Source: Macrostomum lignano (taxonomy: Eukaryota). From it: a DNA stretch of 44,942 nucleotides. The notes under the pieces are model-generated. The model had not been told where the DNA came from. It did no database searches and worked only from the letters and a program-made list of their open reading frames with translations. The translations under genes were made by a program, and so were the position numbers. The number at the start of each line of letters is the position of its first letter. Within the stretch, counting starts at the first letter, position 1. The stretch lies in contig NIVC01004466.1 in the NCBI GenBank assembly GCA_002269645.1, positions 1-44,942 on the forward strand, written 5' to 3'. Positions 1 through 10,852 of this stretch are shown one piece after another.

Positions 1-105
1 TGACTGAATCTCCCTGACTCACTGACTGAATCTCCCTGACTCACTGACTGAATATCCCTGACTCACTGACTGAATTTTCCTGACTTACTGACTGAATCTG
101 TCTGA
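1..105. repeat. 22-bp tandem repeat (TGACTGAATCTCCCTGACTCAC), about 4.5 copies, truncated by the window edge
   Basis: Unit read directly from the sequence; it degenerates after about 90. Confidence 0.9.
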
Positions 106-605
106 CTTTCTGATCTTTCTCAATCCTTTCTAGCGGTCAGACAAAGCAGGCAGAAGAGGTACAGAGTCAGAGTCTACAGTTAAAACTCTGGAAAATTAAG
201 AACTAAAAGAACTAGACAAAAGCAAGCTTGTACATGACACTGACAGACTGCATCAGAGTATGAGCAGTTGATAAAAAAACACATGCGAATGCAAAAAAGC
301 ACATTTAAAAAGACTTACAGTTGAACACAACACTAAAACACTGAATTCAAAGCTAAGGATAAGTTAATTGTGAGGCGATAACGATAATTGATCAACCAGC
401 TGCATTGATTACTAACAGTAGAAACACTAGATTGTTTCGGTAATAAATATTAATGTCCCGCTGCACCCCTAACTGAGCCAGGTAGAAGAATTTCACACTG
501 ATAATAACCACTGCTTGACTCTACATTTCTCTAAGCTCAGGTGCAGCAGGACAGAATTAAAACCAGAATTGGGACCTGCTGTGAACAGTCAGACAGACTG
601 GGGGG

Positions 606-906
606 TCACATGTGCTCAGGGTGCTCCGCAGCTGCTCAATAAAGTCCTGCGGCTTCATCTGCCGCAGGCAGATGAGGTGCACCGCCACCATCAGGGGAAC
701 CGTTGCAGCTGGCCCTCCTCCTGCAGGGCTCGGTGCACCTCGGCCGCGATGAGGGGGCCCTGCAGACGCTGGCCGTCCAGCATCCTTCTCCAGCTGGCGC
801 AGCGGCTTGCCGGTGAGGACCATCGCCTCTCCAGCTTGCGGTTGCGGCCGCCGTAGCAGGTGGTCACGAGATCGTGCATGCCAAGCGGCCCAGAGCCGTC
901 ATGGTG
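606..906 (-). CDS. GPD1: Glycerol-3-phosphate dehydrogenase (NAD+), terminal exon with a canonical active-site segment; at least 4 small deletions break the frame
   Basis: Joining the frames gives DLVTTCYGGRNRKL(G)EAMVLTGKPLRQLEK(E)MLDGQRLQGPLIAAEVHRALQEEGQLQRFP(L)MVAVHLICLRQMKPQDFIEQLRS(H)PEHM*. This is collinear with the GPD1 C-terminus ending HPEHM. Acceptor cgcag at 911-907; restored stop TGA at 608-606. Confidence 0.85.
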
Positions 907-919
907 CTGCGGGTGGGTG

Positions 920-1320
920 GTAGGCGGTAGATAGGTGGATAGGTACCTAGGTAATTGGGTAGGTAGATAGGTAGGTAGGTAGATAGGTAGTCAAGTTTGA
1001 TAGGTAGCTAAGTAGATAGGTAGATAGATAGGTAGCTAGGTAGAAAGGTAGGTAGATAGGTAGGTAGATATGTAGATAGATAGGTAGCTAGGTAGAAAGG
1101 TAGGTAGATAGGTGGGTAGATAGGTAGCTAGGTAGAAAGGTAGGCAGATAGGTAGCTAGGTAGAAAGGTAGGTAGCTAGGTAGATAGGTAGATAGGTAGG
1201 TATAATAGGTAGCTAGGTAGCTAGGTAGATAGGTAGCTAGGTAGATAGGTAGCTAGGTAGATAGGTAGGTAGTTAGGTAGCTAGGTAGATATGTAGGTAG
1301 TTATTTGGGTAGGTAGGGTA
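920..1320. repeat. Compound tetranucleotide microsatellite (GGTA/GATA/GCTA) in a GPD1 intron
   Basis: Runs of taggtagataggtagctaggtag read directly. Confidence 0.95.
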
Positions 1321-1603
1321 GCTTGTGGCGAGGCAGTGCATCTCAGTGGTAACGGTGCGTGTCTGACCCTCGCGCTAGAGCACCCCCATGTTTGATTCGG
1401 CACCGGGCCACATTAACTTGGGGCCTTCTTTAAAAAAAATAACTTGAGGCTGTTCCAGCAGCCTGAGCGGAAGAGCTCAGCGGAATGGGCCTGCCTGCCT
1501 CCTGGCTGCAGGTGGCCTCGAACTTCTGCGACTTACTTAAGCGTCGGTAGCTTGTAACAGGTGGGCAGTAACAAAAGCAAGTTACGCAAATTTGCCAACT
1601 CAC

Positions 1604-1690
1604 CCGCCCATTTGACATCCTTGGTGTTGTAGCAGGAAGAGATGATGTCCCCCATGCCGCAGCTCTGCATCAGTGTGCGCTTCGTCACGC
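1604..1690 (-). CDS. GPD1: GPD1-like exon 4 (87 bp, phase 1-1), a divergent copy of the SCGxxDLxTTCYGGRNR segment
   Basis: Acceptor cgcccag at 1697-1691 and donor gtgag at 1603. Translates (G)VTKRTLMQSCGMGDIISSCYNTKDVKWA in frame with exon 3. Confidence 0.7.
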
Positions 1691-1736
1691 CTGGGCGATA
1701 AATGATTGCGTAACGGCTGGATTGGCGTTGTTGAAA

Positions 1737-1876
1737 GACAGACAGACAGACAGACAGACAGACAGGCAGACAGACACTAAGACAGACAGATAGACAGACA
1801 GACAGACAGACAAACACACAGACAGACAGACACTAAGACAGACGGGACAGACGGACAGGCACACACAGACACACAG
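1737..1876. repeat. (GACA)n microsatellite in GPD1 intron 3
   Basis: Seen directly. Confidence 0.95.
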
Positions 1877-1889
1877 ACCGCAGTCTCAC

Positions 1890-2262
1890 CAGCAGAGCCG
1901 TAGAACCGCTGCACATATCGCAGTATCTCCATGAAGCCCAGCCGGATCACAGCAGCCTTGGTGTTGTCCCCGAAGCCCAGAGCGTCGCAGAAGCCGGCCC
2001 CGGTGGCCACGATGCTCTTCAGGGCACCGCAGATCTCCACGGAGAATTCGTTCTCAATGATGCTGATCCGGAAGTACGGCGTCTGAAACAGGCGCTTGAG
2101 CTCGGCGGCCCGGATGGGGTCCCGGCAGCCGAGGGTGGCCTCGCAGTACACCTCCTTGGCGATCTCTGGGGCGAGGTTCGCGCCCATCAGCACCGCGCAT
2201 TCCATGCCGAGGTTGCTGCGAATCAGGTCGGTCAGCAGGCTGAGGCCTCTCGGCATTGGCTC
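1890..2262 (-). CDS. GPD1: GPD1-like exon 3
   Basis: Acceptor attcccag at 2270-2263 and donor gtgag at 1889; 373 bp, phase 0-1. Contains VLMGANLA and EICGALKSIVATGAGFCDALGFGDNTKAAVIRLG, with the catalytic Lys in GALK. Confidence 0.92.
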
Positions 2263-2289
2263 CTGGGAATCACAGATCGGCTGGTTGTT

Positions 2290-3178
2290 CACTGAGCACC
2301 GCTGCCCTCCCTTGATTCTTCACTGAGCACCGCTGCCCTCCCCTGATTCTTCACTGAGCACGGCTGCCCTCCCCCTGATTTTTCACTGAGCACCGCTGCC
2401 CTCCCCTGATTCTTCACTGAGCACCGCTGCCCTCCCCCTGATTCTTCACTGAGCACTGCTGCCCTCCCCCTGATTCTTCACTGAGCACGGCTGCCCTCCC
2501 CCTGATTTTTCACTGAGCACCGCTGCCCCCCTCCCCTGATTCTTCACTGAGCACCGCTGCCCTCCCCCTGATTCTTCACTGAGCACCGCTGCCCTCCCCC
2601 TGATTTTTCACTGAGCACCGCTGCCCTCCCCCTGATTTTTCACTGAGCACCGCTGCCCCCCTCCCCTGATTCTTCACTGAGCACCGCTGCCCCCCCCCTG
2701 ATTCTTCACTGAGCACCGCTGCCCCCCTCCCCTGATTCTTCACTGAGCACCGCTGCCCTCCCCTGATTCTTCACTGAGCACCGCTGCCCCCCCCCTGATT
2801 CTTCACTGAGCACCGCTGCCCTCCCCCTGATTCTTCACTGAGCACGGCTGCCCTCCCCCTGATTCTTCACTGAGCACCGCTGCCCTCCCCTGATTCTTCA
2901 CTGAGCACCGCTGCCATGGCCCTGATTCTTCACTGAGCACCGCTGCCATGGCCCTGATTCTTCACTGAGCACCGCTGCCCCCTCCCCTGATTCTTCAATG
3001 AGCACCGCTGCCATGGCCCTGATTCTTCACTGAGCACCGCTGCCATGGCCCTGATTCTTCACTGAGCACCGCTGCCCTCCCCCTGATTCTTCACTGAGCA
3101 CCGCTGCCCTCCCCTGATTCTTCACTGAGCACCGCTGCCATGGCCCTGATTCTTCACTGAGCACCGCTGCCATGGCCC
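2290..3178. repeat. About 32-bp minisatellite (CACTGAGCACCGCTGCCCTCCCCCTGATTCTT), about 27 copies, filling GPD1 intron 2
   Basis: Seen directly. Units differ in C-run length, and a CATGGCC variant occurs at the donor-proximal end. Confidence 0.95.
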
Positions 3179-3182
3179 TCAC

Positions 3183-3461
3183 CTCTTCCTGCCCAGCAAA
3201 GACGCCCTTGATTAGCGAGACTGCACAGGCACCCGGCCGCGTGTGACCCTTCAGCCCAGCGAGCACTCGAGGCAGAAACTGCTGAGGCAGCACAAATATG
3301 AGGATGTCAGCCCAGCTGCCCAGCTCAGCAAGGTCAGTGACAGCGATGGCATTCTCTGGAAGGCGAGTGCCCGCCAAGTACTTCACATTCTCATGCCGTG
3401 TATTGATAATGTCTGAAAGCTTTTCTTCACCAATCAGCTCCTCGTGAACCCAGATTCGCAC
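3183..3461 (-). CDS. GPD1: GPD1-like exon 2
   Basis: Acceptor aatcag at 3467-3462 and donor gtgag at 3182; 279 bp, phase 0-0. Translates VRIWVHEE...HENVKYL...ADILIFVLPQQF...VSLIKG. Confidence 0.92.
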
Positions 3462-4230
3462 CTGATTGTTGAATTCAAATGATGGTAAACACAGATGAGT
3501 CTCACAGGTTATTGAACTAATAAACTGAATGCACTTTCACTAAAAGCTATTTTTGTGTTTAACAAAAATAAAAGCTTCATTTTCTATGAAGCTTTCTTAA
3601 AAGGTGTATAAACAACTTTTTAAACTATATTAGCCAACACACATTCTTTTACAAAGAATTCATCCCATAAAATTGTACTTAAAAATTAGACAATTTAGCC
3701 TAGATATTACATTAGACTTGATACAAATTTAAAGACTGTTAATGATTACTATTATCTAAACTGGTATTGTTGTTATACCCAAAAACAAAATAAAATATAG
3801 CAAAAAACATGAAATAAAAACATAATTGCTTTATGAATTATACTAACTTCAGCACTAGTTGCTTAAAGCAAAGATTATTTAATAATTAAAATTCATAAAA
3901 TTTATATTTAGCCTTAGGATAGAATGCATGGATATAAGGTAATCTTTCAATATTATACCATGAGAAACAAAATGATAGACCTTGCTGAGTCTATATTTGA
4001 ATGTTTTAGGAATTGAATCTCAAGGAACCAACTAAATATTATAGGTCTAATAAATTTATAGATTATATTGACATGTTTTACTGCCATATAGGCCAAATTG
4101 GGAGCCAATATTCTACTACACTTGAAATATTACTAATAAAATTTGTTTAGGCCTAGTAAAGTGACAAAAGCACAAATCAAAAACCGATTTTTGAAACATA
4201 AGTCAGATGAGTTGACAATTTTCATTTTAC

Positions 4231-4332
4231 CTCATTGCAAAACTCAGTTGAGCTGCGGGCATTGAGTGCGCATATTTTTGAAATGCAAGATCCCATATTG
4301 CCTGAACCAACAACAGCGACATGCTTTTCCAT
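4231..4332 (-). CDS. GPD1: GPD1-like exon 1 (Rossmann-fold start); absent from the ORF track
   Basis: ATG at 4332 gives MEKHVAVVGSGNMGSCISKICALNARSSTEFCNE, then donor gtaaaa at 4230. Contains the GxGxxG motif; phase 0 joins exon 2. Confidence 0.88.
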
Positions 4333-5216
4333 TACGCCGTGTGATTTAACTACCGATTACTGGCACAAGTGCAATCAACCGAGGAAAAGCAAAAAGTGAA
4401 AAGCAAACGAATAGAGAAACAATTATCATAGAGAAAAAATCCAAAGGCTCACAATCTAGCAACTGACATGTCCGTGTGTTGAACGAATTAGGCGAACTAA
4501 TTAAAAATAGACTGTTTAAATATTGAGTTGACGCCAACTGCTGATCATTTTAAGCTATTGAATTTAATAAGTTACAGAAATAGAGTTACCTGACTTAAAT
4601 CTAGTTTTTTAAAAATAAAACTCGTTTACTAGCTGTAGATATGTTTTTGGTTTTTGTTTTTTCTTTCTAAAGCCACGCGATAATATGTAAACCATATTTC
4701 AAAGTTTCAATCGTCTGCTTCACTTGTGAAGAGGTCCGAGAGTCGTGCTTTAAAGTTTGCGTTACAAATATATGTATTTATTATACCATTCCATTATATT
4801 GTACCATACATATATAGCCAAAATATTGTCACAAAATATTTTTGGTTAGGTTGCTTTTGTCCATATAATCTAATCTATAATCTATATAATCTATGATATT
4901 AATTCGTTTAATACCTTTTCCCCAAAAACATGCAGATGACCAATTTTTCTGAGATATACAGCTTCTACTCTCGTAGCTTTAGGAGCACTTAAGTTCAACC
5001 TGTTTTAAAAATATATTTAATTTTTATTGATTTTCGTAGGGTCACAAAGATACTACGAAAAATTGTCTTTTGAGTCAATATCATTGCTTCAAGCAGTGTA
5101 GCGTTCGAACATAAAATTTTACTAAAGATAGCTCATGCATTGCCACTATGGATATACTAAAACTATGCTTGGAGGCAAAAAAATATGCATGTAACACCTC
5201 GATAAAAAACGCGTGG

Positions 5217-5560
5217 TCACTCCAGGTGCGAATCTTCGGCTTCCACCTTCTGGTTTTTTGGCTGACCCTCGTAATAGCCGCTGTAGACACTGTTCTGGGA
5301 CTTTCCTCCGCAGTACTTTTTCCGTTCACCGGGGCAGGGAATGTAGCACAGGTCCTCTGGCGCTCTGCCGTGGAAGCCATACGAATCACCGCACCAGCAC
5401 TCGGTACCGCGCTGCAGTCCGATGTAACCCGACTTGAACAGCTTGCACATCTGAAAGCACCTTTCTACCGTCATGTCTGCAGCGTTGCCCGCCCGATTCG
5501 GCAGGTCGCGGTCGTCGCTGCGATCGTCATAGCAGCCGATGTACCTTGCGCTGGCGAAGG
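5217..5560 (-). CDS. Secreted single-WSC-domain protein 1, exon 2 (WSC domain plus stop)
   Basis: Acceptor tttttttcgcgcag ends at 5561. Translates YIGCYDD..RDLP..MTVERC..MC..YIGLQRGTECWCG..HG..C..C.G....CGG..NSVY, the 8-Cys WSC pattern. Confidence 0.88.
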
Positions 5561-5993
5561 CTGCGCGAAAAAAAGGTTTTTAGTTTGGTTGGGCTAAAAG
5601 ATTACTTGATTTAAAACTAAATAGACGGCTTGCAAGAGTGCACTGAAAGAAGTTCTATAAAACTCAGTTACATGCGCGCCATTCCCTGTGTGCCATTATA
5701 TGTGTATATAATAATAATAATAACAACAATAATAATAATACTAAAAATACTAATAATATTAATACTAAAAATAATTGATTACACCTGCCCCAAATAGGCC
5801 AGATGTGCAACCGACAGCTCAGCCTACTTATACATGTATAACATATCGCTACATAGAGCTAGTATGATTTATTCCTTTAAGACTTAAGCTTGACGTCTTA
5901 TGCACTCTTTTTGGCTGATCTTAGAATTAAACCAACTCAACTTGTGTGCTTCTGTAATTAAGAAAGTTAATTAGGCAGATCAGCTCAGCTCAC

Positions 5994-6093
5994 CGTCAAT
6001 AGCAACCTTCATGCAGCTTGAGGCCCAGTGAATTCGCAGAGCGGTCATAAAGGCAATCAGCATGACCGTCACGGCGTGACCTCTGCGCGACAT
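5994..6093 (-). CDS. WSC protein 1, exon 1 (signal-peptide-like)
   Basis: ATG at 6093 gives MSRRGHAVTVMLIAFMTALRIHWASSCMKVAID. Donor gtgag at 5993; phase 1 matches exon 2 (444 nt total, 147 aa). Confidence 0.7.
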
Positions 6094-6779
6094 GGCGTCG
6101 GGATTAAAACTGTTGGCAGGTAAATCTTTTTAGTTTCACTGGTGCCCTGGTGCATAAATGCTAAAGCTGGATTCAGCTTCAAGTATATAAGCCTGAAATA
6201 AATTTATAGTGTTGCAGCTCATTCAGCTGCAAACTTAAATGCCCCATAGACGATAGTTACTATGATTTAGCTGGGAAACTTCAGCTTGGGTTCTTAGAAA
6301 GTCCACAAATGCCTTGCTATGTTGCTGCATCTGGTCTCGTGTACTCTTGGGAAGCGAATCGATGTCAATTCGTTCGAGATGGTCAACCGACAGAGAGTGG
6401 ATTCTCTGGTAGATCTGACAGTTGTATGTCATGCACCGACTGGGCATCGTTAGCTGGATTTTTCAAGAAGCGAATAAACGCATCAAGATTGTCTTTATTT
6501 GCGTGGTCCGTTGCACTCAGTAGAGAAATGAAGTCCATTTCGGTGCGAGTTCCTCCGTTAAGAGAATCAGTAGTCTATGGCCGAAATCTATGCAGTCTAA
6601 ATGCAGTCTCAGTTTTTGATTTGCTGAGGTAGCGTTACGCAATGTTCTATAGTCTATGGTAAAAACATAGTTACAGTAAGCTTATTCACAGTTAAACAAG
6701 AGTTAAAAAAAAGCAGAAAATTCACGAGTGCGCAGCTGACAGCGTTCGAAGTCATCAAACTTCTTGATCTATATCCTCG

Positions 6780-7002
6780 ACACTCAAAGATCGTGTAATG
6801 TTTTGGAGGCCGATTTCCGTAAAAAAATACACTGCGGCGATAGGAAAAGTTCATTTTTTCATCACAAAAATCTATGATGGCATTTTATCTGGGTCAGTGA
6901 TAACTAAAAAAGACTCATAGTCGTCCTCTGATCTGGCTTAATGAAGACTACCATTCTTTGACGGATTTTGGCCTCCAAAAACATTACTCGATCTTTGAGT
7001 GT
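6780..7002. mobile_element. About 41-bp imperfect inverted repeat pair (MITE-like or hairpin)
   Basis: 6780-6820 acactcaaagatcgtgtaatgttttggaggccgatttccgt pairs with 6961-7002 acggattttggcctccaaaaacattactcgatctttgagtgt. No TSD found. Confidence 0.55.
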
Positions 7003-7149
7003 AGCCTCCTGATATACTGCTAGTGGTCTTTGATGGGTACTAGCATTAGCTGGGGTAATTTTGTGTAGGCGCCCCCTCCCAGAGTCTTTGGATTGAACAT
7101 CCGTACGCAGCCTTCAGGTGTGCCGCGCAATAGCTGCGGCTGAGCTGCC

Positions 7150-8030
7150 GGTTGCACATCTGCCCATTATCGGCTCAAGCGAGAGGCCTGGTGGCCGGGT
7201 CACTACAACGACGTCGAGCGATACGTCAAGCAGTGTGTGAGATGCGCGGAGATCCGCACGTCACCAGCCCGCACGATGCACACCTTGGCCAGCGGAGACA
7301 ACGGGCGGAGACAAGCGACCACGAGCACGTGCAAGGAGCCGGCTCCCTCCTCATCGCGATGGACGCCTACTCTGGTTGGCCGGAGGCGGTGCTGGTGCCC
7401 GACAAGACGGCCAGAACGACGCTGCGGATCCTGCGGGCGATCTTCTCGAGGCGAGGCGTGCCCCGGACCCTGGTATCTGCAGACAACGCGCCAGAATTCT
7501 GCGACGGCGAGCTGCAGCATTGGCTACAGCGCATTGGGTGCAACCTGGTTCACTCGCCGCCGTACCATCCGCAGTCCAACGGCTGTGCTGAGCGCATGGT
7601 CCAGACGGTGAAACACGGGCTCCGGGAATTCGCAGCGCACCGCGGATCCTTCGAAGCGTACCTGGCCAAGCTGCTGCTCAATTACCGTTCGACGGCGAGG
7701 AGCGACGGCCGGGGCAGCCCGTCGGCACTGATGGGCCGACAGCTGAGGAGTCCGCTCACGATGGCCTTAGAGATTGACGCACAGTTGTTTACCAGCCAAG
7801 CTCCAGTGCAACGGCCGAGCCCGCTCGCTAAGTGGTCCAAGCTGGCAGCAACACGGCGGTGATCATCCGCGACAACAACCGGCCGGTCCTCGCCCATCGG
7901 GACCAAATTCGGCCGCTGACCGTCGACTCGACAGTCACGCCAGGGCAGGAGCAAGTGACCGAGCGCGGACCGAGACTCCCGAGGCCAGGCAGCCCCAACA
8001 CCGAAATCGAGGTGCCGGCGGCTCCGAGGC
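7150..8030 (+). mobile_element. Ty3/Gypsy-type integrase fragment (zinc-binding region, rve DDE core, C-terminal tail), frameshifted, no LTRs seen
   Basis: WWPGHYNDVERYVKQCVRC (CxxC); DHEHV..AMDAYSGWPE; VSADNAPEF; SPPYHPQSNGCAERMVQTVK; LLNYRST..SPSALMGRQLRSPL. Confidence 0.85.
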
Positions 8031-8544
8031 GTAGCAACCTTATTGCTACGACACGATTAAAAGTGCTTTTTTATCGGCAACTTTTTCTTGTCTTAAAATT
8101 CTGCTGCAAAACCCCAGAGTGACAAAGTGACAAAAGAAAACTTATTAAAGTCTATTTAGTTAATAAAGTAAATGGTAGACAACTTGTTGCAAGAAAACAC
8201 CTTTGTATTGCTAAGTTTAAAGCCACAAAAATTCGAGAAATAAATATTCAAGTTCCAGACAAGGCTTATTGGGACGGATCTTATTTCTGAGGCCATCGGT
8301 ACACATGCACTGTGAAGGCATATATTCCAATAAGTGGTGCAAAAGCCTTTGGCATGGGTGACTAAACCTAATTAAAAAAAAAACCGTCCCTAATTTGCAC
8401 TGCCGTGGGAGGGGGAATGTTCAGGGCAGAAAAAAACTTCTACAGATGGTTTATGCTCCTTGCTGACGTCGCATGATGGCGAAGCTCCGTAGCTGCAGAA
8501 CTAGAAACTTGCTAAGGGGAACTATAGAGTCATCCGCCGGCCTC

Positions 8545-8855
8545 TCAGTACACAATCTTGTACACCGAGTTGTGCAGCAGGCCGCCGCAGCGGTCTTTAC
8601 GCTCTCCGACGCACCGAGTTGAGCACATGACCTCTTCCGCTTTGCCGTGCTTGCCGAACTCCTGGCCGCACCAGCATGAGATGCCCTCCTGCAGGCCGAA
8701 GTACTTGGCTTGGTACTTGCGGCACCAGGTCTCGCACAGTTCCCGCTTCATGTCCGGGTTGTAGCCGGCCAGGGTGGGCAGGTCTCGGGGGACTCGCTTG
8801 TCCACGTAACAGCCCTCGTAGACTGGATGTGGCTTAGGGGCCGCCGCCTTTATGA
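8545..8855 (-). CDS. Secreted single-WSC-domain protein 2, exon 2
   Basis: Acceptor ctcgcag ends at 8856. Translates YEGCYVDKRVPRDLP..DMKRELC..WC..YFGLQEGISCWCG..HG..C..C.GERKDRCGG..NSVYKIVY*. Confidence 0.88.
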
Positions 8856-8865
8856 CTGCGAGCGA

Positions 8866-9450
8866 GGGGTGACAGAGTGGGGGAGTGACAGAGTGGGGGA
8901 GTGACAGAGTGGGGGAGTGACAGAGTGGGGGAGTGAAAGAGTGGGGGAGTGACAGAGTGAGGAGTGACGGAGTGGGGGAGTGAAAGAGTGGGGGAGTGAC
9001 AGAGTGAGGGGTGACAGAGTGGGGGAGTGACAGAGTGGGGGAGTGAAAGAGTGGGGGAGTGACAGAGTGAGGGGTGACAGAGTGGGGGAGTGACAGAGTG
9101 GGGGAGTGAAAGAGTGGAGGAGTGACAGAGTGAGGAGTGACGGAGTGGGGGAGTGAAAGAGTGGGGGAGTGACAGAGTGAGGAGTCGGGGAGTGACAGTG
9201 GGGGAGTGACAGAGTGGGAGGAGTGACAGAGTGAGGAGTGACAGAGTGAGGATTGACAGAGTGAGGAGTGGGGGAGTGACAGTGGAGTAGTGACAGAGTG
9301 AGGAGTGAAAGAGTGGGAGAGTGACAGAGTGAGGAGTGACAGAGTGGGGGAGTGACAGAGTGGGAGAGTGACAGAGTGGGGAGTGGCAGAGTGAGGAGTG
9401 ACAGTGAGGAGTGACAGAATGGGGGTGACAGTGAGCAGTGGCAGAGTAAG
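8866..9450. repeat. About 15-bp purine-rich minisatellite (GGGGGAGTGACAGAGT) in the WSC2 intron
   Basis: Seen directly; about 39 variable units. Confidence 0.92.
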
Positions 9451-9610
9451 GATGAGAGTTGGGCGAGTGACAGGCAGTTAATTATGAGCTACTTAATTTA
9501 AGCAACTCAAGAGTAAACAAACCATAAATACTTTTATACTCATGGCTAAAAAACACAATTTCGATACATATCCCTGATAGCAGTTCAGATCAAAAGAAAG
9601 CCGGTCTCAC

Positions 9611-9707
9611 TGGATTTTTTGCAAGCCAGAACGCCGCGCGTCATCAAGGCGAAGCTGAGCAGCGCAAGAGCGACTTTCACAGCGTTGAAGCCGCAGGGTC
9701 CAGGCAT
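9611..9707 (-). CDS. WSC protein 2, exon 1 (signal peptide)
   Basis: ATG at 9707 gives MPGPCGFNAVKVALALLSFALMTRGVLACKKS (hydrophobic core, VLA-C cleavage-like site). Donor gtgag at 9610; phase 1 matches exon 2 (408 nt total, 135 aa). Confidence 0.78.
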
Positions 9708-10139
9708 GGCCTGATTCTATAACTTACTCGCGGTTTTGGAATATTCTTGCAATGGAAACAAGCGTTCTATCTGACAGCTTCTCTCTAGGCCTGATCGAGC
9801 GTGAGCCAAGTGAGGCTTGACTCTATAGAGAGCAAGCGTTCGCCACTTAACTTACATCAGCTGTCTATGGTTCGAAAATTTCCTTTTCTTGCGATGTGAT
9901 GCCTCTAAAAATAGACTACTAGCTCGTATTGAATAGCGCCACACCTCTTAATTGCGAGGGTAAATTATATGAAACGGGTTGCAAAAATATTAATGAGGTC
10001 ACTTTCCCACTTTGTGTTTTACTTCTGTCAAAGTTTCAATTCATTAGTAAACATGTAACATGTCGATTTATTAGCTAATTTTGACCGTTTACCGATTCAA
10101 ACCTCCTGTCAGTTAATCTACAAACCTCACAATGAATAA

Positions 10140-10437
10140 TTCCGCAGACCCCAAGCACTGTCAGTCACTCCGCAGACCCCACCGTCAGTCACTCCACAGA
10201 CCTCGCTGTCAGTCACTCCGCAGACCCCACTGTCAGTCACTCCGCAGACCCCATTGTCAGTCACTCCGCAGACGCCACTGTCAGTCACTCCGTAGACCCC
10301 ACTGTCAGTCACTCCGCAGACCCCATTGTCAGTCACTCCGCGGACCTCATTGTCAGTCACTCCGCAGACCTCACCGTCAGTCACTCTGCAGACCTCACCA
10401 TCAATCACTCTGCAGACCTCACCATATCAGTCACTCC
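10140..10437. repeat. 24-bp minisatellite (CTCCGCAGACCCCACTGTCAGTCA), about 12 copies
   Basis: Seen directly; it explains the repetitive ORFs on both strands. Confidence 0.92.
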
Positions 10438-10769
10438 GAAAACCTTTTGATGCTTTTGGTTTTGCGGACTGCACCCTGAAACGCAGCTGTACTGAAAAAA
10501 CTGAATAAGTACTTCCACTTCCACATCAATTAGGCCCCTCTCTGATGCTTTTTAATACAGGTCAGTAGCTTGAAAAGTGGAAACATAAATATAGTACCCT
10601 CAGCAGCGTGCATAAGACTCATTTTAAAGCTGACTCCGGCGAGTTTAAAATTGTCGGTTCACAAATTCAATTGATCATGAATAGCCTAGATTGATGGATT
10701 GATTGACTCAAAATTTTGTAGTGCATTTTTATTAGTTTAAAAAGCCAAACAAATCTCCCTCCACCAGCT

Positions 10770-10842
10770 GCCTCGTTAGCGCAGTAGGTAGCGCGTCAGT
10801 CTCATAATCTGAAGGTCGTGAGTTCGATCCTCACACGGGGCA
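10770..10842 (+). tRNA. tRNA-Met(CAT): tRNA-Met (CAT), elongator type
   Basis: 73-nt cloverleaf GCCTCGT...ACGGGGC-A with anticodon loop CTCATAA and T loop GTTCGAT. G1:C72 and the TTC loop indicate elongator rather than initiator. Confidence 0.97.
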
Positions 10843-10847
10843 CTACA

Positions 10848-10852
10848 TTTTT
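10848..10852 (+). terminator. Pol III terminator (T5) of tRNA-Met
   Basis: TTTTT begins 6 nt after the tRNA 3' end. Confidence 0.8.

Noticed and set aside
2290-3178. 32-bp repeats of CRISPR-like length
   Set aside because: Units are contiguous with no unique spacers, no cas genes are present, and the array lies in a eukaryotic intron.
7150-8030. Integrase as a Ginger/GIN DNA transposon or domesticated gene
   Set aside because: It has frameshifts, no TIRs or TSD and no start context; a Gypsy pol remnant is simpler.
10127-10508. ORFs with CQSLRRPH or VTDSGVCG repeats
   Set aside because: 24-bp minisatellite artefact; no splice or start context supports coding.
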